From assembly GCA_002633005.1 (NCBI GenBank), contig NMRA01000041.1:100819-164818 (forward strand): DNA of 64,000 nucleotides. The letters run 5' to 3'. Under the pieces are notes generated by a model. That model was not told the DNA's origin. It was given only the letters and a program-made list of their open reading frames with translations, and did no database searches. A program made the translations under genes and the position numbers. The number at the start of each line of letters is the position of its first letter. Position 1 is the first letter of the stretch. This document shows, piece by piece, positions 1 to 15,000 of the stretch. This stretch comes from Phoronis australis (lineage: Eukaryota > Animalia > Phoronida).

Positions 1-2388
1 CCAGTCATGTATCAGAAAATCTCTCAATATATCTCTGTAATTTCCATGTCCATGTATTTAATTACAAGGGTCCAAGACATTTCGACCTTGTGTACCAGAG
101 TACACCCAAAATATGTGGAATTAATGTAGCCGTATTAGCACAATAAACTCGACAAGTCAGTCCAATGTCACTTAAATCTATCTTTAAGTAAACACATGAA
201 TTATATTTGCTCTCAACATTCTGGTAACATACAATTTGTATCCACTTGGGAGAACACAAAAATTAATGTGCAAGAATACAAGCAAATAAAACACCTTACT
301 ATTTCAAAAAGCAAATTCTTATTTCAAATGTCCTTCCACCATATATGTACCTCTAGCGTTTTTCTTCTTGTTTTGCTGCAATAGCTTGTTGAAAGCATTA
401 CAAGTAGTCAAATTCAATCACAAGGTTCACCTGAAATTCAACTACTAGTTGAAGAAGCACAAATTTGATGGACAGACCTTGGAAGCCAGAATTTGCCATT
501 TGAAATAATAATGTGATCGTTCTGAATACGATCTATTTTCATGAGCTCACCACGGAATCCAGGAAAAATGTGGTCTCATTTTATCTCATAAATCAAAAAA
601 TACTGAAGATAAAGTATTCATCTTTGCAAAGATGCTGCTTAGGAACACAAGCAGTGCATTTTCATAACTTCATGGAGTAAGTTCTGCCTTTCATCACACA
701 CTTGTAATTAGTAACATTCACAATATGACCAGACACCTATTCTTGACTATTGTCTGAACAAGTCATGGGTCAGTTATCAGCCTGATCTCTACATATAATA
801 GACTACTCTACTCATCCCCTAAAGAAACATCTCAAGGTTCAACATGCAACAGGGGTTCATCAAGTGCTTCACAAAGAAACAGTGCCCCTTGTTGACCAAA
901 GGGACAGCTGAGAAGTAGTGTGGGGATTCCATTGCAAGGTCAGTGCATGACCACTGAGTCATGTAAATACTGTTGGCAACGGTGCCATGTTTGTTCTATG
1001 CAGGAATTTCTAGGCTTGACTGCATAATTTGTGTGGAATGACTTTAACCTCATAAGACCAGGAGTATATCTGGTCAGTAATGCATTCCACAAACACAAGA
1101 TCTCAAATCGGATTGTGACATCATTTCTAGGCAAAAGATGAGATCAATCCCATAATTCATTATAAAAAACAAGGCACAAACACAAACACAAGTGTGTATG
1201 TTCACTCATAACCAACGAACAATTGTACAGCCAAACATGTTTTGCTTACGTTGTAAGCATGAGCTGACTGTCTGGGAATGATGTCACATGACAACTAAAG
1301 AATGTTGCTAGCTAGCTGCTGCATTGGACCTAAGAGACTGATTGCGAAGTATAATATACAACCATCCAACATTTTGAGCGCATTATCTTGACAGTAATAC
1401 CATTAAATCTTCGAGGCAGACTCTGTAAGCTGATTATATACTGTGCTGGGACTGCCACTCACACAAGATAATTGCGCCAGAGTATCTAATACTACATGTA
1501 CGACTTATGTAGACGGACTAGTTGTGCAGACTGATGGCTCATGCAGACTGATGGCTCGTGCGAGGTAGCCTGTGTCACCACTTGACAACAGTTCTACAAC
1601 TTAATTAAAAAGCTCCAAACCCACCTTTCATCATTAGACAACTTACTGTTACACATTGTTCCTTAGCCGATACAGGAGTGATTTCTAGGCTACTAAGGAA
1701 AGAACTCACATTTCATTATTGCTCAAGTTCACGCTCTACAAGTTCACTGTGGTAAGTAGTCTAAATCAGAATTCAGTTTCTTTAATGGAATGTGGGCTTA
1801 TTGCTGCTTTGAACTGACAAATACGACTAGCTTTACATTAACATATAGCACCACTAGGGGATCTAGGATGTCATCAGGGGGCAACCACAATGTGTGAAGG
1901 TGAATTGTTCGCATATCCCCTTAAACATATCCATAAGGGGGAGCCAAGCCCCTAAACTTGCCTGTGACTAAAATATCTCATCAGCAGTCACATGGATTCT
2001 GAACATTAAGTAAACTACTGCCAAAGCTACTCTGACACAAAAGTAACGTTTGAGTATTGAACACAACACAGCATTTCCATGTTACATAAACTGGCAATGG
2101 GGTTGCAAGTGTTTTGAAATTGAGGGGTAAAAACAATTCGGGCCACAGTCTGCCCGTCAGCCGCCACTAATTTCATGCCATTGACTTCATGCCACTTCCA
2201 GTGTCTGCACATGTCCACATCTATGCCCATGCAATCAAGTCCCTCCCCGGTCTGCACAAGTAGCTCCGTGCCTGCTAAACCCCCACCAAATCAACAGTGT
2301 GACCCACAAATTCACCCAATGGCTCTGGATGAAACACACACACAATAGCTCAAGAAGCACTGCCAGGTACCGAATCACTAAACTAGTG

Positions 2389-2470
2389 AGCAGTGTGTGC
2401 CAGCATTTTGTGCCAGCAGTGTGTGCCAGCAGTGTGTGCCCGCAGTGTGTGCCAGCAGTGTGTGCCACCA
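2389..2470. repeat. 13-bp minisatellite (CAGCAGTGTGTGC) x~6
   Basis: Read directly; lies in the presumed NRBP 3' UTR. Confidence 0.9.
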
Positions 2471-3210
2471 GTCCCCCCATTCGTTTACAATAACAGGACT
2501 CCTAATCGTGAAACAGGGTTTCACAGTCAAATTCGTTTAGCGCATGAGCAAAAAGTACCTTGACAGTTTGAGAACAAACACAAGTCAGTGAAGCAAGCAG
2601 ACGCTGAAGTGGTACCTCCCATGACAAGCCAGACACCCAAAACATTGGACACTCAAAGTTTTAACATAAAATTACGCCCTTGCATAGTTTGTAAGGAATG
2701 CCATCATGTTACTATGGATACTTGTAGCAGCAAACCGGTGTTGAGTTCACCCAATGAAGTCAAGGAAGTGCATTGGTTCAATATTTTCATGACTAATAGT
2801 TCTTGACTCTATTCAGTCCCTACTTCCTTCACACGCTCAGGACATGATAGATGTGAGTAATACAAGTTGGGGACACAGCTTTTGTTCACTGGTGCACACA
2901 ATTAGCACTTTACAGAATTGAAAACAAAGAAACAGAATCTCGGCCACATTACACGGCAGTCTGCGATTGGTAATACTTGGCACTTTCTGCAAGTCCAGTT
3001 CAAGAAACCAAATCTTGTTTCCAGTTAGAACACTTGTCAATAATCCCACCAACGTAGATCGCTATCCAGGGAACTCGGAGTGTACTAAGTAGCGACAGCA
3101 GGCTGCAGCCAGAATCTTTGAAAAGGTTTACATGTTTCGCAGAAATTCAGCATTGCACTTCTTTGTTGCTTCATGTTAAGCAGGTGTGCGTCTCCATTCA
3201 ATCGCGACGG

Positions 3211-3306
3211 TTACGTGTTGGTAACGATGAGTTGAGCTGGTTTCGAGTTTTGGCCACCATTGCGAATGCTGTCTTCCATTAGGTTGGCTACTTTGTCTTG
3301 ATCACC
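3211..3306 (-). CDS. NRBP1: NRBP exon 14 (GDQDKVANLMED...NT*)
   Basis: CAG acceptor; TAA at 3211-3213. Confidence 0.88.
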   Translation of the reverse strand, partial: GDQDKVANLMEDSIRNGGQNSKPAQLIVTNT

Positions 3307-6300
3307 CTGAGAATAGAGGTTAAGTGATCACAAACCGCAACTGTCCAGACCATCAAATGCAACAAACACAATAAAAAAGTTTCAGTGTCAAAAGAAAGCA
3401 AAGTTGACGACATAAAATAATTCTAGTCACGGAAGTCTAAATTATCTAAAAATCCACAATAACTTGAAAATTAAACATAATAACCAGTGTCAAAAAGGTA
3501 GTAACACTCAGTGCCAGACCACTGGCTTTGTGCACAACTGCCCGAGTCAGCTTAGCTTTCCTGCAGACCACAAAACACAAGAAAATACCATGTTCCATTT
3601 TCAAAACAAACCCAAATATTTCAAACCAGCCTTCATAATTTGTTCTACGATAAATTTTCAATGTTTTAATTCATGCTTCCAATAACTTAAGGTGCGCATT
3701 CTGTAAATGACACCTGCTGTGTTTGCCGTTTCAATTGACTTCTTGTTAAAGTTATTTTTAGCTTCAAACAGCACACCGAATGGTACAGGTTTAGGGGAAG
3801 ACAATTTAAACACTCCGAAATAGTACACTAATTCCATGGTGAAATTGGCAAAAATATCAAAAACAGTTGACCCCAAATGACCTTTGTACCTTGTTGATAA
3901 ACCCATGGAAGACCAGCTCCTCAGCCAGATTGTGGGCAGAATCCTCGTTGGTGAAGTCACACTCCAGCTGCCTGTTCATCTTGTCATCCATTCGCAGTAA
4001 GATTGTCATCTAACAATAAATAATAACCATAATATCAATACATGCACAAACAAAACAAGGTAACTAGTCATCAAATATTGAAATGACATGATGCACAAGA
4101 ATCTATTTGGACAAAGTAAATTTCATGGATTCAATCGAACAATAGAACTGAAGACCAAAATTTCTGGTCAGTTTTTGAAAACTCCTAAATCCCAGGCATC
4201 TGGAGTCCACATCCTGTCCAGTGGGTGCAGTGCATCACTTTATTTTTTTCTCATTTGGTCAACAATAGAAATATATCACTTTCAAGGAAACAATCAAGGA
4301 ATGAAGGCACTGCTAAGAACGGACTAAACAAAGATGTTTTGAAGTAACCCTCTTAAAACAACGGCTTGTTCACTCCCTTCACAGAATAAACACACAGCTT
4401 TCTGGGACACCATTAACTCCATCAAACGTTATCTTTAAAGTGACTTTGCATGAACTCAGCCTCTAATGTAAATATCGCATTTCCACAGCGTCAGCGGCTG
4501 TTTTTTGTTTGTCTACACCGAACCTTTCTAAAGGAGTGTACTAAATAAATGAACATCAGTCGACCACTTTATATCAGACTTTTGTTTAAAATGTCTTTAT
4601 TCTTTAAAGTAAACAATTTTAAAGGCAGATGAAGATCGCCTATTTGCTACTGTACTCATTCTTCCCTACATCCATACTTGAGTCCATTTCACAAATAACA
4701 ATTTTATACATTATGGGCAAACTGCTTTTCAGTGATGAATTTGTTTAAAATCATGGAATTGAAAAATTTCTCAGTTTTCATTGCAGGTCATCAGATGCAA
4801 CTACTTTGTTACGAAAAAAAAAACTAAGCGGAATGAATTGTGCGAAGAACTGAAATTTAAGAATACTATCCTGCAAGGGGTTTAGGAGATACAGCCGCGG
4901 ACGCCCAGACAGAGATGACAGCAATATGCACCCTCATATTTATATGTGGGTGCATAAAAATGAGATTAAAAATTTTGATACACCAATTATTAGATATTTT
5001 TGCCAATCACAGATATTTGCACACTGTTGGCTGTATCTTTGTAAACAAGCATAGATGTGTATAACTAATTTTAAAAACAAAGACTGTTTGAAAACTCAAA
5101 AGGACAGCACACCTTAAAATACTCATTTCACAAACGAATCAGTTACAAGGGAGACAACTACATACCTGTAGTGCCGTTGGGTCTGTCTCCAGTTTATGCA
5201 CACTGCATGACATCTTTACAATGCTGCGTGACTCAACATCGGCAGGCTCAGGCGTCTCTGACTTAACAGACTCCGCAACTTCCGGTGAAGGGGGTCGTGG
5301 CCTCATAGTCTGAGTGTGGCTAATCTCGAATGCCGTCAGAGGGTAGATACCATTCCTAGCAGGTGAACCAATGAACATACATGAAGACCAGGTATTCAAA
5401 CTCTAAAAAACTAATGTCACAACTGAGATTGCGGGCAGACATTTCTCGACGCTCAAATTGAACATCAAGTTTCCAAATTATAAACCCACCAATCAAAAAA
5501 CTGCCTGATGCCACAATTGCTAAGCATTTAATAAACATTCCTGGAATAGCTGTTTGGAGCACAAGACCACATTTCTAACTTAAGTCTTCACTTTCCATGA
5601 AACAGATCCTAGATAAGTAAATTTGTGATTAGACTATTCAACACCTTCTTCGTTCCTTGCACTATCCAAATTCAATAGAACTTTATATATATACCTTTGC
5701 CATAAGAACACCTCAAGTAAAATAACAAATATCCTATTACCCGAAAAATTGGAATGGCTTTCTGTTCAGAATCATTGCATTTTAAATAATCTCAAAAATG
5801 CATTGCAAATAAGACCATGACCTAGTATACGAGATTTAACACTTAGTAAAACGTACTTGACATCTTCTAAAAACTTTTCTAGCTCCAGCACAGGCAACTG
5901 TTTCACTCTGAAAAACAAAGTCGAATTGTACATGAATATGAATAGAGCTCACAGCTACACAATCAGTAAATGTTCAGACAATATTCAGAGATGCAGGTGA
6001 GTGGTTGGAGATGGAGATGAAGTAACAACATAGACTATAGACTCCACACGTACACTGTGAAGAAGGCACTGTGTAACAAGTGACAACACAATTTGGGGGA
6101 AATGGCAATACTCAATTAATGGCGCTGATGTATTGCGAGGTGATTGTCAGCTGTTGAGGTGACGAGTGTTTTACACACATCTTTAGGGGCAGCACTGACA
6201 GATGTCAACCAGATTAGCTACTTGCCTCGAGAGAATTGTACCTCAGCTCAAATCTCGGTGAGGTTTACCCACACAGTGAGACACAATGCTCACCGGTGTG

Positions 6301-9300
6301 TAAACAACATTGAGTGTAAATGTAGTACACATGGTTACAATGAGATGTGTTATCAGGAGATGCAATAATTCAATCTTCATTGGCTAACAAAGGTATTCCA
6401 CTAAAAACTAACTTCGCCAACATGCTGCGAGGATTTACACTCGGTAGGTAAAAGAAATCTAACAAGTGAGTCATTTACTCCACAGCTTCTCAGGCAATAG
6501 TCGAATATAACATGCACATACTTTGAGAACCAGTTGGATGCCCGTTATTCAGCAGAGAAAACTGGTTCTCAAAATGTGGGCACTTTATATCCGACCATTG
6601 CTGTCTCTCAAGGCAAAATCCTCACATTTCATTTTGCTGCAGCTGTGAGGTATGAGCTCATTAATTTGTATTGGAAGCACAGAGCTGTGCTGGACCCTCT
6701 AATCCAACCAAGAAACATGCCCATGTGAGCACACCATTTTCATGGTACACAGGGCTGTACACAATAACACACAACAGATTTGCCATTTTTGAGGCATTTT
6801 GTGACAATGAGCTCACTTAGACTAGACTCTAGTGATTATTTCTGTTCATCACTATTGCTATTAAACGCATACCAGACAATCAATAAAGAGTTAAACAATT
6901 GTCATTAGTAGCCATCAGCTCAACAGTGAACATACAAGCGATTGCTAGCCACTCACTGCATTGACACTGGCTCGCTGTCACCTGGATGTTTTATCTCAGC
7001 TATGACTAATTCAGGTTCAGGACGAAGCCAACGGTTCTCTGTGATGTTTTCTGATAAGGCATCTGAAAAAATAAAACACAGATCTTAGTCTTCAACAAGC
7101 CATTAAGCGAGCAAATTTCGCAACTTACGACTGCAATGTCAAGGTTAAATTCAGCACAATTAAAGACTCTTGGTAATTAACCCAATCTAAGGTTGTGGCA
7201 ACGGTTTTTCTAATTTTATCTTTTTATAACTAGGTACAGTCACAATGAGACAATAATAATTTCACAAAATAGATACTATATAAGAACTCTTGTTTCTTGC
7301 CATTTTAGTGGAGCTTGCCCCAAACCATTCTTCAAACTCACAACCTTGCAGATACAATGACATTACTGACCACTGTTTTCAGTGTTAGGGCCGAGCAGAC
7401 AGAGAGCTGCAAGGTCAGCTGACCAGGTCAAGTGAAGGTTAGCTGATCTGACAGATCCCATCAAGCTGTCAAAATACGACCACAGTTAAATGAACTAGCT
7501 GTTAGTTCATTTAATTTGAGAATTTCATCTACAGCACTGCGTCGTTTTTCTTTCTGGGACAGTTGTTGGCTTGTAAACATTCAGAGACATCACCGAAAAC
7601 TTGGAGATGTGAACAGCATTCCGTAAATGCAAGAATTTAGAGATTTGTTTCGAGAAGATTACACGATTTATTAATCAAAATTTGTTGAAGACAATTTATT
7701 CGGATTTGTTATCACTGAACAACGACAAATGATCAAAAGAGGTTTTCCATGAATGATGCTATGAATGACGATCAGGCTGATATCAGAGACTGACAATCAC
7801 TTATCACCAGCCTAATATGATGGAGCTCTCAGTCTGCACAGCCTCGTATGACACAATAATGCGTCCACATATAAATATGTGGGCGCATCAAAAGGCCAAT
7901 TCTTCGAGTCCACTCACTTACTAGCAACTTTATCCCATTGTGTAAGTCAGGGACTTGGGAAAAGAAGGCTAAAAATGTTACTAACACTTGTACTTAATAT
8001 TAGATCAATCACAATTGAAATTGTACTCTCAATAACCGCAAACCAAAATAGTTACTTACTAGAATGTTGTATGAAGTTGTGTGCGGCTAGAAGCTTAAGT
8101 GAGTGCACTTCAAACAAGACTTTATGGAATAACAGTTCTCGTGCTTTCAGGCGCTGGTTGGGGTCCTTCCTTAGGCAGGCCTCGATGAAGTCCTGAAACA
8201 GATGAGAACAAGCTTCACTCCAGAGTACACGTCTGTTATAAACCTCTAAACATTCAAATGCAAGAAAGCCCCAATGCAATTCTGATGCAAGTGGCATAAT
8301 AACAAATTCTAACTCTTGATAGGAGTACCCTTCAGTACCCCCAAACCCACACATATCCCAACTGTACTCACATTCTGCTGGGCATCCTGTGTTGTGTCCA
8401 ACACCTTACTGCCAGACCCTTCAAGCGCCTGTCTCCCACAGCTACTCCATTACCCCCACAGGTCTCACTAATACTCACCCTTTGCTGGGGGTCCTCCAAT
8501 GACCCCAGCGTCTTCATAATGGACTCCTCCGTCACCTGCCTTCCAGAGTCTCCGTTCCCTTGTATCTCCAGCACTGCCATCTCCAGGGTACACATGCCAA
8601 ACGAGTAGATGTCCACCGCTGTCGTAACTGGCACACCAGATGTGCCTAGTCAGAAACAGTTAATATTCCGATTACGTAACTAAACTAAAAGTTTTCAAGG
8701 AAAACTTCAGGAGATGCTGACACTCATACGTAAATGGAAATGTGCCACCATATTGCATTGTGCCGCCATATTGCATTACGTCTTGCACAAAAAATCCGAT
8801 CCCAAGACACATTTTAACTCTGCTATGGCAATATTTATCCTTAAAAAACATTGTTATAATACAAACATCTCTGTGTGTTCACAAGGCTACATTTTCTAAT
8901 CAACGACCATCAACTCTGAAACGACTGGATAAGTGCAAACAATATCAGGGTTGTTGTCCGCGCTTACATGTCATTCTGCATCACAAGTATGTTATTCAGT
9001 TTACTCAAAAAGTCACAGGTTGATACATATACCTTTTAAAAATTATTTTCTGAATGGTATGAAAAGCATCACCATTGATTTTATGCAAGGTTAATCAACA
9101 ATTAAAGATTTGGTCTAAAACAAATGCAATAAAACTTGTGACCACAACTCAAAACCATTTTATTTAGCCTTGACAAAAAGTTTCCTAAATCAGTAAAAAT
9201 GAAATGTTTCTGCAACAAAAACAATCTCGATCACGCATAGAAAGAGGAAACTTCTAATTTCAACAACCTCTCAAGATGCAGCATTTTAATACATGGCAAA

Positions 9301-12003
9301 TTGATGTTGTATGTAGAATCTATGCATCATGTCAAATACTTGACCTACTTACCAGCCAACTCATCTCAAATACTTGACCTACTTACCAGCCAACTCATCT
9401 CAAATACTTGACCTACTTACCAGCCAATTCCTCTCAAAGAGTGGGAAGATTGAAAGAAACATTAATTTTAAAAACATTTTCTTGATGTCCTTTAAAGTAA
9501 GAAAGGTGCTCCCAAGACGTATAGAACACGCGACCTCAGCAATCGCAGTTCAGACGTTTTGATGGTGGAACTAAATCTATTTTAAGCATATTAAACTGAT
9601 AAATGCCACGGGCCTGGATTTCAGTAAATGACAGGAAGTCAGTGGATAAAACGCATAATCATTAAAACAAAAGGTCAAGCCATTTTGCCGATGTATAGCT
9701 CCAGCCAAAGCTACTAACTTCAATAAGTCAGTAGCATCCATCAACAATCCCAAAAATTCCTATTTTGGTTTTAAATCCCTTTAAGTTATATAGACATACC
9801 TCCATACTCAGGCGCAATGTAATGCATATTTTTTAGTTCGTTCATTGTCTTGACATGTTGGTGAATGGCGTCTGGTGCCACTGAAAAAGGAAACGAATGG
9901 ATTTCAAGGCTCCATCAAACACACTGGTCTAAACAATAGTGTTTACAGCAAAAGAATGCGGACATAAATGCTATGGTACATTAATTCCCTCGTTATTTCA
10001 TTCTTCAGATGTCTGGTTTGTACACAACTTCAATAAAGCAGTTAAGCTACAGAACAGGAAATTCCATAATATGTTCCTAACACATATTACAAACCATTTC
10101 TGGGCTTCTGAAGAATTGACAGTTCATCATTGCTGGAGACCAGGTTCAATAAGTTGGCGTGACCCCAACGGGTCATTTTACGCGCCCCTCATGGCCTCGA
10201 GCAATAGCAAACTGCCAGTATTTCCCAAGTCCAGAAACCACTCTGAGTAAGGAACAAGTTGAGACCAGAAGTACAAAAAGTCTCTTTGGCATGAGGCTGG
10301 TTCATAACAGTATTGCAAACCTTAGAAAAAGTGCAGTACCACAGGCATTAATCAGATTTATGACCAAAAATGGTAGTAAGGCCTTATGTAAAGCAGTCAC
10401 GTACTGTAACATAAAACAACGCACCACAGGCAAAACAAAGTTTTAATATGCATCAGTAAACTCATATCTGCCACTTTCACAAAAACAGTCTAACTTCGCT
10501 TACACAATCTATAGTTTTGTACATGCTGTTATGTAAAACTTGCACAACATATAATGTAGGCCCGCAAAATTACACTTATCTCGAGCTTAAAAGGATACTA
10601 GACCCTGTTTGGACGATTTCAGTCAAGGCCTTGTTCTTAAAAGGATACTAGACCCTGTTTTGATGATTTCAGTCAAGGCCTTGTTCTGCCACTTCCTAAT
10701 GCATCACTTATGTCCAACATGAGTGATAAAAGCAGAATTCAAGTGAAAATTGGACATTATACTTCTTGGTGGGTGGTTGTCCTTACAGTTGTTATGTAAC
10801 TCACCTAAAGTGTAGGTCGCGCTTGCCCCGTTTAGCAGACTTTGTAAGGAATTTACAAATTTCGCTACACGTTTTTGAGGGTTGTCGATGGTTACAAGGC
10901 ATTACTTTGTTTCAGAGAACTGGATAGGGAACTTGTTTTTAATACCTGTTAATAGGCCAAAACAGAGTTTAGTAATATCCTTTTAACCTTTTATCCTATT
11001 TAGCTCTGATCACAATTTTTATTAATGACCACCACATTCTAGTCACTGCAAACTTTTGTCAGGTGTTAACAATCCAGATTCGTTTGAAAGATGGGAAAAA
11101 AGAAAGCTTCAGTGTTTTCACAACAAACAGACGGCTGACAAAAAAGGGTTTAACAAATAAACCAACCACCTGAAACTGAAAAACATCAAATGGCTGACAG
11201 GAAAAGCATTTTGTTGCAGAGACACTCGCATTATCTAACAGCAAGCCAGTGCAATATGAAGGACAAAGAAGTGCCGACTACTTCATCGATGGACACTTTG
11301 AAATGGTGGTGAATTTGAACACCAGTGGCATTGCCAGAATTTTCTCAGACGGCCACACTTTGTGAATTGTTTTATAAGAAGGCAATCATCAATTGGCAAC
11401 GCCAAAAATTGTTCTAACCACCCCAGAAAACTTTCTGTGAAATTGCATTTGTCGTAAAATCCAACTTTACTGGTTAGACAGCAAAGAGTTTGTGAAAATG
11501 ATCATTCTATCCGGTAAATGTACGGCAATTCTACACTTTTTATTTAGCACACAATATGCCCAACAATATTGTCAATTTCTCCACAAAAATAAAGATTAAA
11601 AATTTTAATCAACTACAAGCATGGTTTGTACTATGTAGATAATATAAAACAACTTTTGGCAAGATTTCCAATATTTGCAGTAAAGCAATAATCCACTGAA
11701 AAATGGGAAAATGAAATTTGTTTCAATTACTTTTGTTGAAAATAAGTGGATAACTACCGTAGGTCAGAAACTAGGGTAAAATGGGGTAATCAATGCCTCT
11801 TCTAGTTAGGATACGTTATCTGTGAATAAATTATGAGGAATATGAGATGGGTCTCAGTGTCTCTCGATTTGCCAAAGACTTCAAAGTGTAGACAAGTATT
11901 AAGTACTAGCGTAACATATTGGCACTCACTATGTAAAAACCAGGAGGCTGAAAGCAGGTAATAACATAACTCGATAAATACACAAATGGAGGCAACCACA
12001 AGA

Positions 12004-12034
<31 letters not shown>

Positions 12035-15000
12035 GTGGAGCGTTTTGGAAGCCAATTTTCAATAAATAAAAAGATGGTAGCTACAGGGCTTGGAATGACC
12101 AATGACAAAAAAGAGTAAAATTTTCCAGGTGATGTATCATTCCACAAATAGACGTGAGTGATAGAAACATTTTTGTGTTGTACAATTTAATAGTGAAATG
12201 AATATTGTTGCATGACTTAAGTGAAAATAATGATAAAAAGAGACAAAAAGAGAAACCGGAATTCAAATAAGAGGAAATTAAAACCAAAAATGAGGAAATC
12301 CTTTTAAAAGAAGAAAATTCCAAGCCCTGCAGTTAAAAAGCCTGTGCCCCCCACATTAAAGACAAGAGTGTGCGCGTCCTTAGGGATTAACCACGCCGTA
12401 GGATCACATATACTAAAATAAGAGCTGAAGACATGCACGAACACAGCCCCGCATGCATCAAACTACAGGTCACAAAATGCATGCAAAACAAACAGCAAAA
12501 AAATTGTTCAAACTGCATTTCACCCCGACATAGGATTCCATTTCCGATACCAACTCTATCCCAACAAATTCTGAAGTATTTTCTTGACTGGCTGATAGTT
12601 TCCATGTTCTTGTTGGTAACAGAAATGGAATCAGTGTATGGAACGTTACCACACTGTGTTTATGCGAGTAAAACGCCTAATTCAACTCTCGTTTTTTAGC
12701 CAACTAAACAGGGTGAATGCAGCTTAAAAAAACAAAAGAGGTAAGAACATATCAATTTAATTGCTTCAAAAATAACTACATATAGCTGGTCCCAGAAAGT
12801 GCCTCTGTAAGGCCTCAGCTACTACGTAAGCACAGTTTATTGCAATACCAAAGTAGGCATGAATAAGGAATGAATACATGTCAACTCACCAGAACCAATC
12901 TTAATGAGGCCGTTGTGCTGAATGAATATTGTGTCACATGTGAGGTTGCCGTGAATGATGGGCGGATCACAGGAATGCAGATAACTGAAACACAGACAAG
13001 AACTCTCATTGGACAAGTGCATTTGCGTGACATACAGCACAGTTCAAGATAGGACAAACATCATTTCCAGGGCTTCACCTACCGGGTGTTCAGGACATCC
13101 AAAAGGACACAATCGCATTGAATTTATGCACTTTAGCTAGGGCGCTCTGTTCTGGATTTGAATGCCTAAGCAAATATTAAAGCATCCATTTGGGATGATA
13201 ATAGTAACAACTTATCCAAGTAAAGACCAAATCGTAAGCATGGTCACGCACCTGGAACCCAAGGAAAGGTGACAACTTATGCGAACTGACAATCTATGCA
13301 ATCACAACTTCAGCAACTTCTCACGCAGAATTTTACGAGGAAAGCCTACGTCACATTTTGGATTTTGTTTTTTACCAAGAAAACTCCAAAATTTCATGGC
13401 AAAGACGTGCTTCAGCTTTAACTACCTTCCTCCAAGTCTTGTCAACAGCAGAGAAGTGAATTGGTAAAGCAGTGAGCTTTACGCATCATATTTCTGTAGC
13501 CACTTTCACTGGGCAAACACAATGACAGACTGCATATTGAATACCGGCTGTTCTATGTGTTTGCTCAACAAAAGTGAACGTAGAAAGATGATGCTGCTCC
13601 TGGAACCAGTTGTCGCTAGTTTTACTAGTGTGGCAATATGTGGGAACACATGGCATACGAGTGACAACTTACCCCACCCTATCAAGGTGGGACAAGAGGC
13701 ATGGTAATGTGTTCTGGAGTAACTTGCCCCAGCGCAAGTCGTAGTAGTGTGGATGCCAACCTTCAGACTAGGCGGAAGTAATTACCAGCCCTGTGCTTGT
13801 TCAGTTACACACACACAGGGGAGTCTAATCCCTTTTGCAGCGTATTTATTGCAAGATGCAATAGTGTGTAGTGTGAACACTTAGCTGAACATGAACAAGC
13901 TACTCCAGGGCAAGTTATTGTTCTAAGGCAACTTGTAGTGTGAACAGCACTGTAGGTGCATGTGTGGTCAATGTTACCCTAATGTCAAACTGGTACGTGA
14001 TAAACTCAAACACCAGCAGCAGTGCTGTGTACAAAACGACTTACCTTAGTGCTGAAAGAATCTGGGTACACCACCGCTTCCAAGACTGAAATGAGCAGGA
14101 TGATCAGAATGAACAGAAAGAAATTAACCAACAAACATTCAGCAATATATCCAAGATAGAATTCAACCGTGTATGTTTTGAACTGCCTACATACAGCATT
14201 TTTCGATATACAGCAACACTGGTGAACAATCAAATTTAACTATGACCCCACAACTGTAGAACAACAAGATATCGTTGCATACTACTTTTGAGATCTACAT
14301 ATCACAGTAGCAAATCACACCACAGGTATAGTCCAACTTGGCATTTCTGGTATGCACCGTGTTTTGTAGCACTATTAACAACAGTATTTTTTTGAAAAAT
14401 GGGTAAATGTGATCAGCAGTGCTATTACCATTGTTTGGGTTGTTGCCCAAGACTGGCTATTAAACATCCACTCCTGAATTTCCAACAATATCCTGTTTGA
14501 ATGCCTGTGGTGTGTTGCACACACTTGAACATCAACTCACTGATCTTTCAGTTTCTCAAATTTAATGTCCACAGTATGAAATCTAATGAATCTAGAAAGC
14601 CTAAAGATAGTAAAATTGTCCCTTGCTTCATACCTTACCTTCAATGTCTTATTATTCTTTTTGGTCTTCTTCAGGAACTGTTTGAGTGACCCTGATGACA
14701 TGTACTCGGTTATAAATATCACCTGCAAGTATAAAATACTGCCAACTTACTCAACCTGCCATGACCAAATGCTCATTACTGTTGACAAGATAACAACCTG
14801 CATGTTAGTTCAACCTGCGACTGAAATTAAACCTGCTACACACCGTGAGCTCGCACCCAATGCCAATTCAATAATGATGGGAAACTGTACGTCCCCAAAA
14901 TGTTGACAAAACTATTCTAAAATATGTACTCTAAAAATTGTTTTTGTAGGGTGCTAGAAGCATTTTTCAAATTCTAGGAATCCCAAAGCTTCTTTCTGCA

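Noticed and set aside
62-3100. Short ORFs, including the CVPAVCA repeat ORF
   Set aside because: Products of a minisatellite and presumed NRBP 3' UTR sequence; no coding signal.
3085-3213. Stop-codon readthrough or selenocysteine in any of the three genes
   Set aside because: NRBP ends in TAA; the TGA stops of PPM1G and TDH are at the expected C-termini; no SECIS recognised.
9503-9575. tRNA-like sequence on the minus strand
   Set aside because: Degenerate B box and no intact stems; at best an old SINE head.
11170-11193. 24-nt or 6-nt microexon candidate in NRBP intron 6
   Set aside because: Weak donor (GTGGTT), and the 24-nt form has an in-frame TGA.
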